Below are positions 40,969-52,300 of a stretch of DNA of 64,000 bases, in pieces (the first letter of the stretch is position 1; each line of letters starts with the position of its first letter). A program made the translations under genes and the position numbers. Source of the stretch: Lama glama (taxonomy: Eukaryota); the NCBI GenBank assembly GCA_028534125.1, contig CM052818.1, positions 4,900,001-4,964,000 of the forward strand, read 5' to 3'. The notes beneath the pieces are model-generated. The model was not told the DNA's origin, searched no databases, and was given only the letters and a program-made list of their open reading frames with translations.

Positions 40969-41185
40969 ATCTCTTCCCTCACCTGACATGGCCCTGAAAT
41001 CCCTCCCTCTAAGGTCAAGCATTTGGGTTAAGGCTTTGAGTTTCCAAAAGGCCCTTGTAAAATGTGCGAACATTTTTCCTGATCTGGGAGGCCTCATAAT
41101 CCAGTGCATCTCAAACTTCTCCCTGGAGTGTTTTCGCACATCACGTATATGCGACTGTATTAGGTTCCTGTGGCTGTTGTAACAA
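40969..41185 (-). repeat. Right arm of the inverted duplication (probable source copy)
   Basis: Matches 40116-40334 and overlaps the first 30 bp of the MLT1 LTR. Confidence 0.95.
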
Positions 41186-41651
41186 GTAACTACGAACATG
41201 GTAGCCCCAAACAACATGTGTTTATTAGCTCATAGTTGCAAAGGCAGGGATTAGCAATTAATGTGAGTGTGCTGGAGTCAGAGTGCCAACAGGGCCATCT
41301 TTCCTCCAAGGCTGTAGGGGGCAATCTGTCTGTGCCTCTTTCAGCTTCTGGTGGCTGCCAGCCTCCCTGGGCTCGAGGCCCAGTCCCTGCCTCCATGATC
41401 ACGTTGCCTTCTTCTCTCTATGTCTCTGTATGTCTATCTCAGTCTCTGCCTCCCCTGATAAGGATACAGGTGATGACATTTCGGGTCTACCTGGATAATC
41501 CAGGGAAAGCTCCTCCTCTTGAGATCCTTAATCACGTCTTTTGCCACACTGATATTGGTTGATACTCTTTTGGCATATGAGGCAATATTCACAGGTTCTG
41601 GGAATTAGCAAGTGACTGTCCCCTTGAGGGCCACCAATTCAGCCCCCTACA
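41156..41651 (-). mobile_element. MaLR solo LTR (MLT1B/C/D-like)
   Basis: TGTATTAGGTTCCTGTGGCTGTTGTAACAA ... GGATAATCCAGG ... CACAGGTTCTGGGAATTAG ... ATTCAGCCCCCTACA; 5-bp TSD GCGAC/GTGAC. Confidence 0.88.
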
Positions 41652-42149
41652 GTGACTCAGTGGAATATCTCACTTGTCAAAGAGAATGACAGGGGGACCC
41701 AAAGCCTGGGCATTAGCCACCGTCCCTAGATCTCCAGTCTGAGGCCGGGCTCTTCTCACTTCAAATGGCCCCGAGGAGCCCCTGGCATCTAAGGAATAAG
41801 GAATAAATATTATAGATTATGAAGAGCACTTTCTCCTTGAATGCCTCTATCTACCTGCCAACCTTCCCCATTCCTCCACTTCCGGAAGCCCTTTTCTATT
41901 CATTCTTTGAGGCCAACTACAATCAGTAGTCACAAAGCCATTCCTGATCTCCATGCTAGAAATAATCCCTTCCACCACTGAATTTCAAGAGCATTTTATG
42001 TGACTGTTTTATGTGATTGTTTTATGACATACATCACTTTTTAGCTTGCATCACAGTAATTCACATATACTTTATCTCTCCTCCTAAATTCTGGGTTCCC
42101 TGAGGCTGAAGGCATCTCTCACCAGAACCATTGCATACCTTCCAACTGA

Positions 42150-42560
42150 TGTCCTGCCTTCACTATTCCTTAGCTGCTGTCAGTTCCCCACACAGCAACC
42201 GGGTTGATCTCTGTAAAATAAAAGTCAGATCATCCTATTTCCCTGCCTAAAAGATTGTGGTGACTTCCGGTCACACTCAGCATAAAATCCAGACTCCTTA
42301 CCATGGCCTGCAAGACCCTGCTGCAGCGGAAATCCTCCCCAACCCCTCAACCAGCTGATGCTGCTTTAAATAATGTTTCCCGCCCCTCTCCAGCCCCGAC
42401 AAGCCTTGCCTTTGTGGAATTGGAAGGTGATCTGTCATGGCAGACCTACCATCAGCGACAGAGCAGCCCTCTGGGTAGACAGACGTGTTACCCAAAGGCA
42501 TCCCTTCCCTGGGCTCACACAGCCCGGGCCAGATCACACACCTTCCTTGGCAGGTAGACC
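42150..42560 (+). mobile_element. L2 fragment
   Basis: CCACACAGCAACC..AAGTCAGATCAT..ATAAAATCCAGACTCCTTACCATGGCCTGCAAGACCCTG. Confidence 0.7.
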
Positions 42561-42809
42561 CCAAGCTGCCTCCAGTCCCACTTGGATCCTGTCCCTGTCC
42601 CTAATGGCCTCTCTGTGGGCCATGACCTGCATCTCCTAGTGGAAATAGATTCCTCCCCCTGGTTCTAAAGATGCAGTATGTACAAATAGAAAAGTTAAGC
42701 AATGTAATAAAATGAGAAAGAGGAAGTACACAAGGAGAGTTATCACAGAATTGTCTGTCATAGGGAAAAACTGCCAATGAACAGTAAAGAAATGACTGAA
42801 TTAAGTTTA

Positions 42810-43070
42810 AGTGCAACTCCAGGAAACGAAGCCAGTGCAAAAGAATAAGACCATGGTCGCCTCGGGTCAGAGGACTCGGGGGGAAACGGGAAGGGACTGC
42901 TGGTGGTCACGGGGTTTTCCTGAGGGTGGGGAGGGTGATGGGAGTGTTCAAAAATCAGTTGTCACAATGGTCGCGCAACTCTGTGAATATGAAAAAACCC
43001 TGAATTACACACTTTAAATAGGAGAATCACGTGATATGTGAATTACAGATCAATAACGCTGTTTAAAAAA
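42810..43070 (+). mobile_element. L1MB-like 3' end
   Basis: GGTCGCGCAACTCTGTGAATATGAAAAAACCCTGAATTACACACTTTAAA..TATGTGAATTACA..CAATAACGCTGTTTAAAAAA. Confidence 0.75.
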
Positions 43071-43278
43071 GTGACAGAGATATATAAACCAACAAAAAAG
43101 GTAACCTCACTATTACCTTCTGCTTTAAATAAAAGCATGTTATGGAACAACTTGTATGTTTACATTTAAAAATTTGAATAATTATATTTAAATAATTTAG
43201 GTATATAATATATAAATGCAGTTTAAGAAAACAAGGTATATACACATACAGAAGCAAACTTATTAATGTGTATTCACA

Positions 43279-43320
43279 TGCGTATGTGTGTGTGTGTGTG
43301 TGTGCGTGTGTGTACATGTG
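43279..43320. repeat. (TG)n microsatellite
   Basis: TGCGTATGTGTGTGTGTGTGTGTGTGCGTGTGTG. Confidence 0.9.
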
Positions 43321-43899
43321 CAAGCAGAAAGACTGAGAGAGAAAAGAGAGACAGTGCTGCCCTGGGTGTAAACTCTAGGCAGCGGGATTGGTGGAAGGAT
43401 TGAAAGGCGATTTCGTTTTTTTCCTTTAACCAGTTAGGCATGATTTCAGCTGCAAGACCTTGAATATCTGACAAACCGAAAACAAAGACAGGTTAGTTGT
43501 TCTCTCCTAACAAGAAGGCTGGAGGGAGAGGGCTGCTTGCCTGGTTTACAAGGCTTAATGCTGTCTGGCATCTGAGTGATCTTGGCGTCCCCTTATGCCT
43601 GTTACGTACTGACCGGACCTCAAAGTCAAAAGCTTTCTTAGGTTTCCCTGGGTCCCAATGCATCTTTACTTTTGCCTTATCACCAGGACTATGTCCCATG
43701 GCCATTCCTAGTTACAGGGCAAGCTGGGGAGGTATTTCTTTTCCAGGTTCTAAGGGAGAAGGGGGCTGGGAATAAAGGCTGGATCAGCAACCAGCAAACC
43801 AACCACATATTCACCCCAGTGTGCCCCAAGTGGACCTCAGCTGGTATCCTTTGCACTTTTTCAAGAAACTTTCCTTTCTTTTGTAGCTACCAAAACAAT

Positions 43900-43995
43900 A
43901 ATAACAAACTAAATTCCACTGCCCAAAAGTAGGCACTATGACCATTTTGGAATCTATCCTCACAAATTTCTCTCTCTTTCTATATGTGCGGGCAC

Positions 43996-44029
<34 letters not shown>

Positions 44030-44290
44030 ATATATGTGCGTGCAAAGAGATATATTTGTAATTTTATATAAATAGGACCATATGCTACTTCTTATTTCCT
44101 GTCTGCTTTTCTCCACCCAAAAAATCAGAGATTCAATGTCAATGAATATAAATGACAGCATCCTTTTAATTGTTGCATTGTTATTTCATCATTTCTATTT
44201 AACCAGTTAGTTCTCTATTAATAGACATACCTGTTGTTTAAATTTTTTCACTGCTTTAAACAATATGGCAGTCAACATCTCTATTTTTGT
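43900..44290 (-). mobile_element. Old L1ME-like 3' fragment containing (TG)n at about 43996-44042
   Basis: TCTATTTAACCAG..CTATTAATAGACAT..TTTAAACAATATGGCAGTCAACATCT reverse L1 motifs. Confidence 0.5.
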
Positions 44291-46278
44291 GCTGTAGTAT
44301 TAATGCCTGTCTCCATTGGATATACTGACATTATTATTTAAGTGTAAAAAGAAATCCACCAGTGATATGAGATGCTTAAAGTAATCATAAATAAAATTCA
44401 GATTCATCTTGGTTTTTTTCTGTGAATATATTTCCTCTTCCTCAAAATAATAAAGAACATTAAAAGAGTAAAGAGTATCTCAAAATATCAAAAGTCACAG
44501 TATTTCAGAAAAATCTCTTAAATATTCCCTTGAAATAAAGGAAGAACTGAAACTGTGAATTCAAAAGAAATATTAAGAAAAGAAGCTCTTCTTCCTGATA
44601 CTCATTTCTTGAATTAAAAAAAAAAAGAAGTCCATTCTGTTAGTTGTTTTAAAAGGAAAAACTTCCATATTATTTATTCTGAAAAGGGGAAGATTACATT
44701 AAGGTCTGACACAAATTGACAGAAGCCAGAGGATTCAAACCGAACGCTATCCCTCTATCCCAGTCTCAAGCATTTTAAAGCCAAAATGGTTTGAACAGGA
44801 GAACTGTGCTTCAATCAATCAAATTATGTCTTTAAAAGACTGAGTGGTGACTTTGTAGGACAGTCAGAGCCATATCTAGCATTACGTGCTCCCATTCCTG
44901 GGACCCAAAACATCTTTATGAACGCTCCAAAGGAGGATGATGGGAGAGACCTCGCCAAAGTAATGGCTGAAGAGAATAAGATTCTGGAAAATCCGACCCA
45001 GAGAACAATCCTGCAGCTGCAGAGGCAGATAAAAGGGAGACGTACAACAACCTTGCAAAAAACCTGCCCAGACGCGCCTGCATTGTCCTGTCTGCAAAGC
45101 CTCCGGAAGTAGGCACGTGTGGGAGGGAACAGACGGCCTGTGCGCATGCTTATACTGACTACCTGTAAAAGCAACACACACCTTTTGTTCTCTGAGAGCC
45201 ATACACGTTCCCAATGAGTCCTTCCTATTGGGATTTGCTCTTATTCAGTGCTTATCATCCACTGCCCGATCTTTGCCAGTTGCCTTCTAAATCCACCTTG
45301 TCTGTAAGGGGACTGCTCAGATGTACCATAGTTTCCTCTTAAAAAGATTCCCCACCTTGCATAGCTTCTGTCCTTCAACCCTACCGAGTCCACTCCCCCT
45401 CAGCCCAATGCCCACCCCCCACCACCCCCACCTAGAACTGAAGACCACAACCTGGGATCCTGCCAAGATGGTAGCTTTAAGAGGAGTGGAAGTGCCCTCT
45501 TATCAGACATGATAAGACCACTTGTTAATCAGTTCATCCGAAGTTAGTTTAAGTAGGAAATAATGTGAAGTGATCTTATACTTAAACATTTTAACACACA
45601 TTCACTTCTCTACTGTGGATGTGGGAGTGAGGCTGCTTCCTTCTGTCACAGTCCTCTTTGGAGTTCCAGGCATCTCTCTTGTACAAACTGCAACGAGAGT
45701 GTGTTTCTACGATTTCCAACTTGGGGTTTCTCTGAGAAAACGTCATGGTACTTGCAACACAATTTGACTGCCAAAAAGCCGTCCACGTTTTTTGCAGCTT
45801 TTTCTAATCTTTTACAGTTGGCTTACCCAGTCCTATTAAAACAACTTAAAATTAAAAACAAATCACCTATAGAAAGTCATTCCAAAGCACTTAGCTTAAT
45901 TTTTCATAGATTTAACCATTTTTACCTGCGTATGTTGCTTCGTTATGTAATATTATATGACGCGGCATAATTATATTAAAAAATGCAATCACATACGCAT
46001 GATTGGAAACAAACTACGGGTGCAGTTGATTCTTGGTAAGCATTCAGTTCTACAGGGAGGAGACAATGACATTCATCCTGCAGCGGATATTATGCAGTGA
46101 GCAGAGAGCAGTGGCCAATCGGTGGGTCTAATGTGGCCACGCGGTTAAATGGAGCTGGTCAAGAGAGTGTCTGCTGTCTGCATGTCAGCCTACACATGTT
46201 AGAGTGAGCGATTCCTGACAACTGGTAGAGAAACCCAGGACTCAGCTGTTTGCCACAAAGTCACTAAGTGACCATAGG

Positions 46279-46407
46279 CAGGGGTGACGTTCAAAAATAT
46301 CCAAGAACCAGGGACCGGGATAGCTCAGGCTCTGTGCAGTTGGAACAAATGCTGGCCATGAGCAACCTGCAAGGATGTACTGTGTGTTCTCGCTAGATTT
46401 AGCTCTG
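46279..46407. mobile_element. Short hAT-like MITE inserted in a MIR-like remnant
   Basis: Imperfect TIRs CAGGGGTGA...TTAGCTCTG; degenerate 8-bp flanks ACCATAGG/ACCCTGGA. Confidence 0.45.
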
Positions 46408-49400
46408 ACCCTGGATGCGTTGACATTTTAGGCCTTATTCGCTTTCAAACGAGGGAGGTTGGTCAATCAGCCGTACAGTTCCTTCCAACTCGGAACCTCT
46501 TTCCTGCACTCTGTACAGCTGTAATTAATTTCCTCCCATGGGTTTCATCAATTCTCTGATTCAGTTGTTGGTTCTTTCTTTGGCGAGGTGCCATCTCAGA
46601 ACTGTCATTGAGACATCGACTTTCATGGCAATAACAGAAAGACAATAGCCAGGGAGGCCTGCCTGATAAGATATATATTGCATGTAATATATAGCAAATA
46701 TTACATATTTTGGATCCACAACATTAAAAAAAAGACAGATCTGCACGTACTCACAGCCTCCTGCCTGATTCTCCAGGGGCCTGCATTCCGCACGTCTTGT
46801 TTTGCTTTTAACCTGGGGATGATGCTTGTTTTTGATGCCTTGCTTCGTTTACACAGATTGGAGCGTGTTTTCCACATGCAGTTTCTTGTTTGCCAACAAG
46901 CCCAGCTGTTGGGGGGCACTGAAGATCACCCAGTGTTGGAAAACAACCTCACATACCTTTCCACGTCTCCCTCTCCAGCTCTACAGGGTCTTTCCCAACA
47001 ACTGCGACTTTAAGAGCCTCCTTCATTTACAGGAAACATTTGCCCCTGTATTGCTTTGTTTTTTCCTTTCCAAACTAGCTTGAAAGAGTTTACCAGAGAG
47101 CAGGTGGGGGGCCCTTTCCAACTGCCTCTGTTGTACAGACCGAAGGGAGCCAAGTCCATCCGATCGGACTTCTATTTTGAACTCCCTCTAAAGGGAGAAA
47201 GGACACACAGATTCCAACACTGGCTTGGGGGAAAAAACAAAAAAAGCTCTCCACACTATTTTACAGTGTTAGCCCAGGCTCCTGCACACTAAGTCCCAGC
47301 CTATAATAAATTTTATTGCAATGTTATAAACTCCTGAAAAGAGGAACTTGGACAGGAAGTGCTGACATAGGCTGCCAGAGCCAAGCCCTTCATTCTTGCG
47401 GGCTCTGTCCCAACATCAGCACACATCACACACGGAGGGCAAAACCCAAGATACTCTTATTACCAAAATAACGTCTTGCACATCAGATAGATTCTTTGAT
47501 TTTTTTTTCCCCCTCAAATTCATTTTAATAAAAAGAACTAGGGGGTCTCCTCGAAAGAAAATGAGGACTTCTGCAAACAATACGTGACTTCGTGTGGAGG
47601 CTGGTGGCTTAGAGCTCGGGGAGTTATTCAACCAAAGTTAAATTCTTCTTGCAAATAAGGCCGGCTTTTTTTGGGGGGAGGGTGGGGGGGTTCTCATAAA
47701 TGACAGCTTTATGCACTATAATTACAGTCATTAATGAAGGCACAATTACTTTAGCATACATTACCAGGATCAAAGAAGCTCTCTTAAGAGTCAGTTGTCA
47801 GCATAGAGGGTCAATACAGAAATTAGACCAGATACAAATACAAACTGGAAAATTTTGCTTAAATAATGCCCTGGAGGTTAAAGAAAGAGTGAGTTGAACT
47901 TGCAGAGTGAGAAAATCAAAAAGACACACTAGAGGTCACTGTTGCTACTTGAGCTGAAGTATCTGTATATGCATATATCTGTCTGTGTATATATATCTAT
48001 ACATGCATATATAAATGTGCCTGCAGATTTCCAAAATACATTTATATATACACTTATAAATGTATTTAGTCTGCATGCACATTGGAAAACCTCTAAAAAG
48101 ACTAGTTATCTTTATTAAATAATACTTAAAAACCCCATAATAGTGTGTTTTTTTCCCCTATCTGGTCATATGTGGACAATTTGGGTAACCAAAGATGGAA
48201 TTTAAACAGAAAACCCAATTTGGAGGAAGGTTTTCATGATCGTATCGCATACTTCACCTTTGAAGAAAAATCCTATGTTGACTCGGTTTACTCTGAAATA
48301 CACCTTTCACATATCCCTTCACTTGGATCCAAAAGTAAAAGTAATTGAAGAATCCTGGTTGGCACGCCTCTTTTATTAGGGGAAAATGGTTCCATCTCTT
48401 AGCACTGTGCAAAAATGTGAGATGGTTAAATATGGACAGTATATTTAGTTGCATCTTTGAAACTAAGACAGTATCTTTTAGGTTTGTTGAGTCTGTGAAA
48501 AAGTCTTGGAACAGGCCACGTTAGTAAAGAGTTCCAATTTTACATACATAAAAGGAAAATTTTTGTTTTTTAGGAGAACAACCAATGTCCCAGGTGGGTC
48601 GTTAATTAGCCTATTAATAGGAAGGTGTCCCTTATTTGCAGCTCCTGAAGGAGACTCAGGATCTCTGTCTCCCACCAAGACGGCCAGTGCTTCCTAAGTC
48701 CGTATTGTGGATAAAAGAAGCCAGCCCGCCCCAGAGGCCTGGAGCCTGGCTGCTGAGTGCATCGCAGAAAAGCAAAACATTGAATGATCTACCCCCAACA
48801 TGAGCACCATGTTGCTGCCAAGGAGGAGATTCAGCACTCCTTTTCTTTAGAGTGCTGGCGTAGATGTCTGCGCTGGGAACACAAGCGTAACCTGCAGGCA
48901 AATGGGAACACTCAACTCTAGGCCTCCGAACAACACTGTCAGAACGAGGTCCTCCCCAGCTCTCCTGCTTTCTATTCTTTACACATGAGACAGATCTCTG
49001 CCCCTCATTTGATGACGCAAGGCCTAGGAGAAGGGGAGAAGGAGGAAGAGGAGAGAAAGCTACGCTATCTCTTTCCTGTGCCGAACATCTATGTAGCCTC
49101 CAGTTTCATTATTTGCTTTGTTCTTGTGGCTCTGAGTCCTGGGAGTAATTAAAGTTCAAAGAGACTGGTGTAGTAACTCCTCAGTAACTGAGTCCTTTCT
49201 GCAAGTTTTGTGGGTGGGGGTAAAATAGACTTTGAATTTAATCGGAGAATCTTAATGGAGAATTCCGTATTTTTAACAGTATTTTCCAAATGGCCTTTGT
49301 TAAACAAGGGGTTGAGGGGAGACTATTCAGAGACTCACAACCTCAGTGTGAGTCAGAGGTAAGTGTCCTGCCCAGGCAGCCTGGAGTAAAGACCAGGAGC

Positions 49401-49637
49401 CCCAGATACGCCGCTGCTTCCACGGTCCAGCAAGGGTGAGCTCGGGCAAATTCTTGACCTTCCTAAGCCCAATTTTTTTTTTGCTTGGAAAAAGGAAGCC
49501 ATCATTTCTGCCTCTCTAGGCAAGATTACATAAATGAATGGCTGTAAAGAGCTAGGTACAGGGCTTAGCACAAGGTACACATTCAGGAAATGTTAGATGT
49601 CATCCTTGTCAGAGCTGAAGTTCATTGAATGCCTTGG

Positions 49638-50187
49638 TGTTACGGAACCCAGATTTGGCTACTCACTGCTCAAAAGCCAATAATTCGAGGGGGAAGTGTC
49701 AGTAGAAAGGAAAAGTGCTTCAATCAGAAAAGCTGGCAATCTGGGGAGACGGTGGACTCATGTCCCAAGACCAGTTCTGAAGAGTCTGCTTAGCCATGAG
49801 TTTTAAAAGGGGGAAATGAGGGGAAGAATTTCAGTGAATCATCAAGGCAGGAGGTTGGGTTCTGCATGATTCTCCGCTGCGTGCAGACTGGCTGACTCTC
49901 TTCAGATGTTATCTTGACCCCATGATCTGCCTGCAGGATGGCTAAGGCGGCTGTTGGGAGTAGAGAGCTAGTCATTCTTTAAACTGCTTAATTCCTCATT
50001 CTTACTTCTTTGTATCGAGGAAAAGAATCAACTGGTTGGACAAGGCGTGGTGTACACTCAGGAGCGTGTATGTCAGGAGTTAGTTTCAGTTGCTTAGTGA
50101 TCTCATTCCTACAATTAGGTTCTTTTAAGGTTAGAGGGACAGAAATGGGTGAACAAGACAGGGGCAAAAGAGCTGCTTTCTTTTGCA
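49638..50187 (-). mobile_element. ERV1-like solo LTR of a second family (right boundary uncertain)
   Basis: Begins TGTTAC with U5-like GGCTACTCACTGCTCAAAAGCCAATAA and AGAAAAGCTGGCAATCTGGGGAGACGGTGGACTC, resembling the R/U5 of the other LTRs; no clean TSD. Confidence 0.65.
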
Positions 50188-50820
50188 CCGATCAAGGAGA
50201 GATCAGAAGTGGTGTTTACATCCACAAGCAGGTTTGAAACAACAACAACATACAAAAATAACGGTTGAATTTAGCAGCCTGTTGTTTGGGAGAAAAAAAT
50301 TTTAAAAAACACAGGTTTTAATTGACAGTTGCATTTTTGTTTTTCCAAACAGGTTTGCGTACGCAAACTCAAACTTGGACTTTAAGGAGAACAGACCACT
50401 TTGCTATTGTAGCACTAGGACTCTGAGCATAATTGTTTTTGGTTAAGGCAATTACGTACATTTTGTTAACTAAAAGAAATAGATATGAAATGTGTTTGTG
50501 TTTTGTGCAGCGTAACTATTTTTCGAAAATGCTCTGTAATTCACAGGCTGGATGGAGGACAGGGTTCGCTGAAGCCAGCCGCATTACAGAGCAACCCTAC
50601 AGTTCTCACAAGGTTGAAAACCACTGCCCTTCCTGGTTCTGGCTGCAATTAGAATGTGCAATACGTTTTGTTTTAATAGAAGCTTTTATAATGAAATTTG
50701 GAAGCCAGCGTCATTTCCCTTCCTTGCTTACTACAAAAAGAGGATTTGAGGGCAGGCAATAGAGGAAATGGTAGGGAACTATTATGTGACCTTGGGCAAA
50801 TCTCTTCAGTGGTTCAGCCT

Positions 50821-50880
50821 TGCGTGCGCGAGCATGCGCGCACACACACACACACACACACGTCCGCGCACACACACACA
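50821..50880. repeat. Alternating purine-pyrimidine tract, (GC)/(CA)n
   Basis: TGCGTGCGCGAGCATGCGCGCACACACACACACACACACACGTCCGCGCACACACACACA. Confidence 0.9.
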
Positions 50881-52139
50881 TTGGTTAAATTTTTTCACAA
50901 AGCTATGCCAAGCAAAAAGTGGGATAGAGATTTGGCAATTCCATGGTTACTTTGATTAGTGAATATTTTTATAAAATTGAATGAATAATTGCTACGAAAT
51001 TTTCTAATTAATCAAGTAATTACTAAGTCTTCAGAGTCATCTTACTTAAGAAGTATTACCTGGAATAGCGGTAAATGAAGAGTTTCTTTCTCGGTTATAA
51101 TACAGTGAGAATTTATAAGCGCTCTGGGTACTTCAGCTGACAAATGGTCCTGGAGTAGAAAACGTCATAGTTTCATCATCTTGTCTTCCTGCAAGGGAAG
51201 TCCTGGAATGGCCTTGTAGACTCAATTAGAACGTTTTTAATATTCTTGTCCTCAGCCACACCCTGGAACATCACTTGTGAATCATCTTTATTTTACTAAT
51301 ATTCTGGGTTAAAACAGGGCTTGGGCAGAAACACTGCAAGACGTCTACCACTTACAGACAAGAGTCCCAGGACCCTTCCCTAAATGCTCCAAAATGGGCC
51401 ACGTTACCTCCCCCCAGCCAGCGCATCTGCCGTGCCAGATGAGCCGTTGACAGCGGGTATCCATTGGGTGCCAGTTGGGTTCTGTTTACAGAGCATGAAA
51501 CATAGAAGTTGTGCAAGGGCAGCTGAGGGACTAGAGGGAGGTCCCACCTGAGGGGGCAGCTGCACTGTGAATGCCTTCAGGTTCTTGTTTTTCCCTTTGT
51601 TGATGCAGTGTGGCCACGTTAGGGACTCTTAACACCACAGTTTGACTTTAGGGATAAAGAGAATGTCACAGACCTGCTAGGGAAGGAGACACCAAATGGT
51701 GACAAGACGGTGAGCAGGAGGGGTTTTTGCAGAGAGATTTTTAACATGGGCTGCAGCTGGAGAACAGTGAGCAGGCACAGAGTGAGAAGAGAGTGACAGA
51801 AAGGGACTGAAGAGGTGACATCCCCATCCCCTTTCGCCTCGCTCAGTCATTTAGCGTGTGCCTTCAACTGCAGGACTTAGTGCGCAAACCCTCCCGCCAA
51901 AGGGAGATGTCTGTGCTTTGGACAGAGGCATGGATTCCTCAGTTGGCTCTGCCCCTTCTGACTTCCTGACTTCAAGCAAGTCTCCTCTCTGGAGTTTAGA
52001 ACTTTTCAGTGCAACAAGGAAAATGCATTCAAATGCCATCGGATGTACTGGGGTGCTGTGGGATGTATGAGGAACTGAGTTCTGGGACCTCAAACACGAT
52101 GATGCAGGGCCAGGGCAAAGCCTCTCACTGAAGTATTTC

Positions 52140-52300
52140 TCCCCAGTGCGTCTCAAAGTTCAGGTCACTGATATTGTCAGCAGCCTCACCCAGGAGGCGG
52201 TTTTTAAAGGTACAGAGCCCTGGGCGCACCCCAGGACCCACTGAATCAGCATCTCTAGGCTTGGAGCCTGGAGATCTACATTCCAGCCAGCTCCCAGGTT
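52140..52300. mobile_element. MER5-like hAT remnant
   Basis: CAGTGCGTCTCAAAGTT..CACCCCAGGACCCACTGAATCAGCATCTCTAGG..CTCCCAGGT. Confidence 0.7.

Noticed and set aside
40063..41217. Apparent paralogous peptides on opposite strands
   Set aside because: By-product of the DNA-level inverted duplication; the frames diverge and no domain is recognisable
41994..42026. 13-bp tandem repeat TTTTATGTGAYTG x2.5
   Set aside because: Ordinary slippage duplication with no spacers; not CRISPR-like
51540..51562. CTCF-like motif (similar ones near 7020-7035 and 34541)
   Set aside because: Several mismatches to the core consensus; not supportable without PWM scoring or ChIP data
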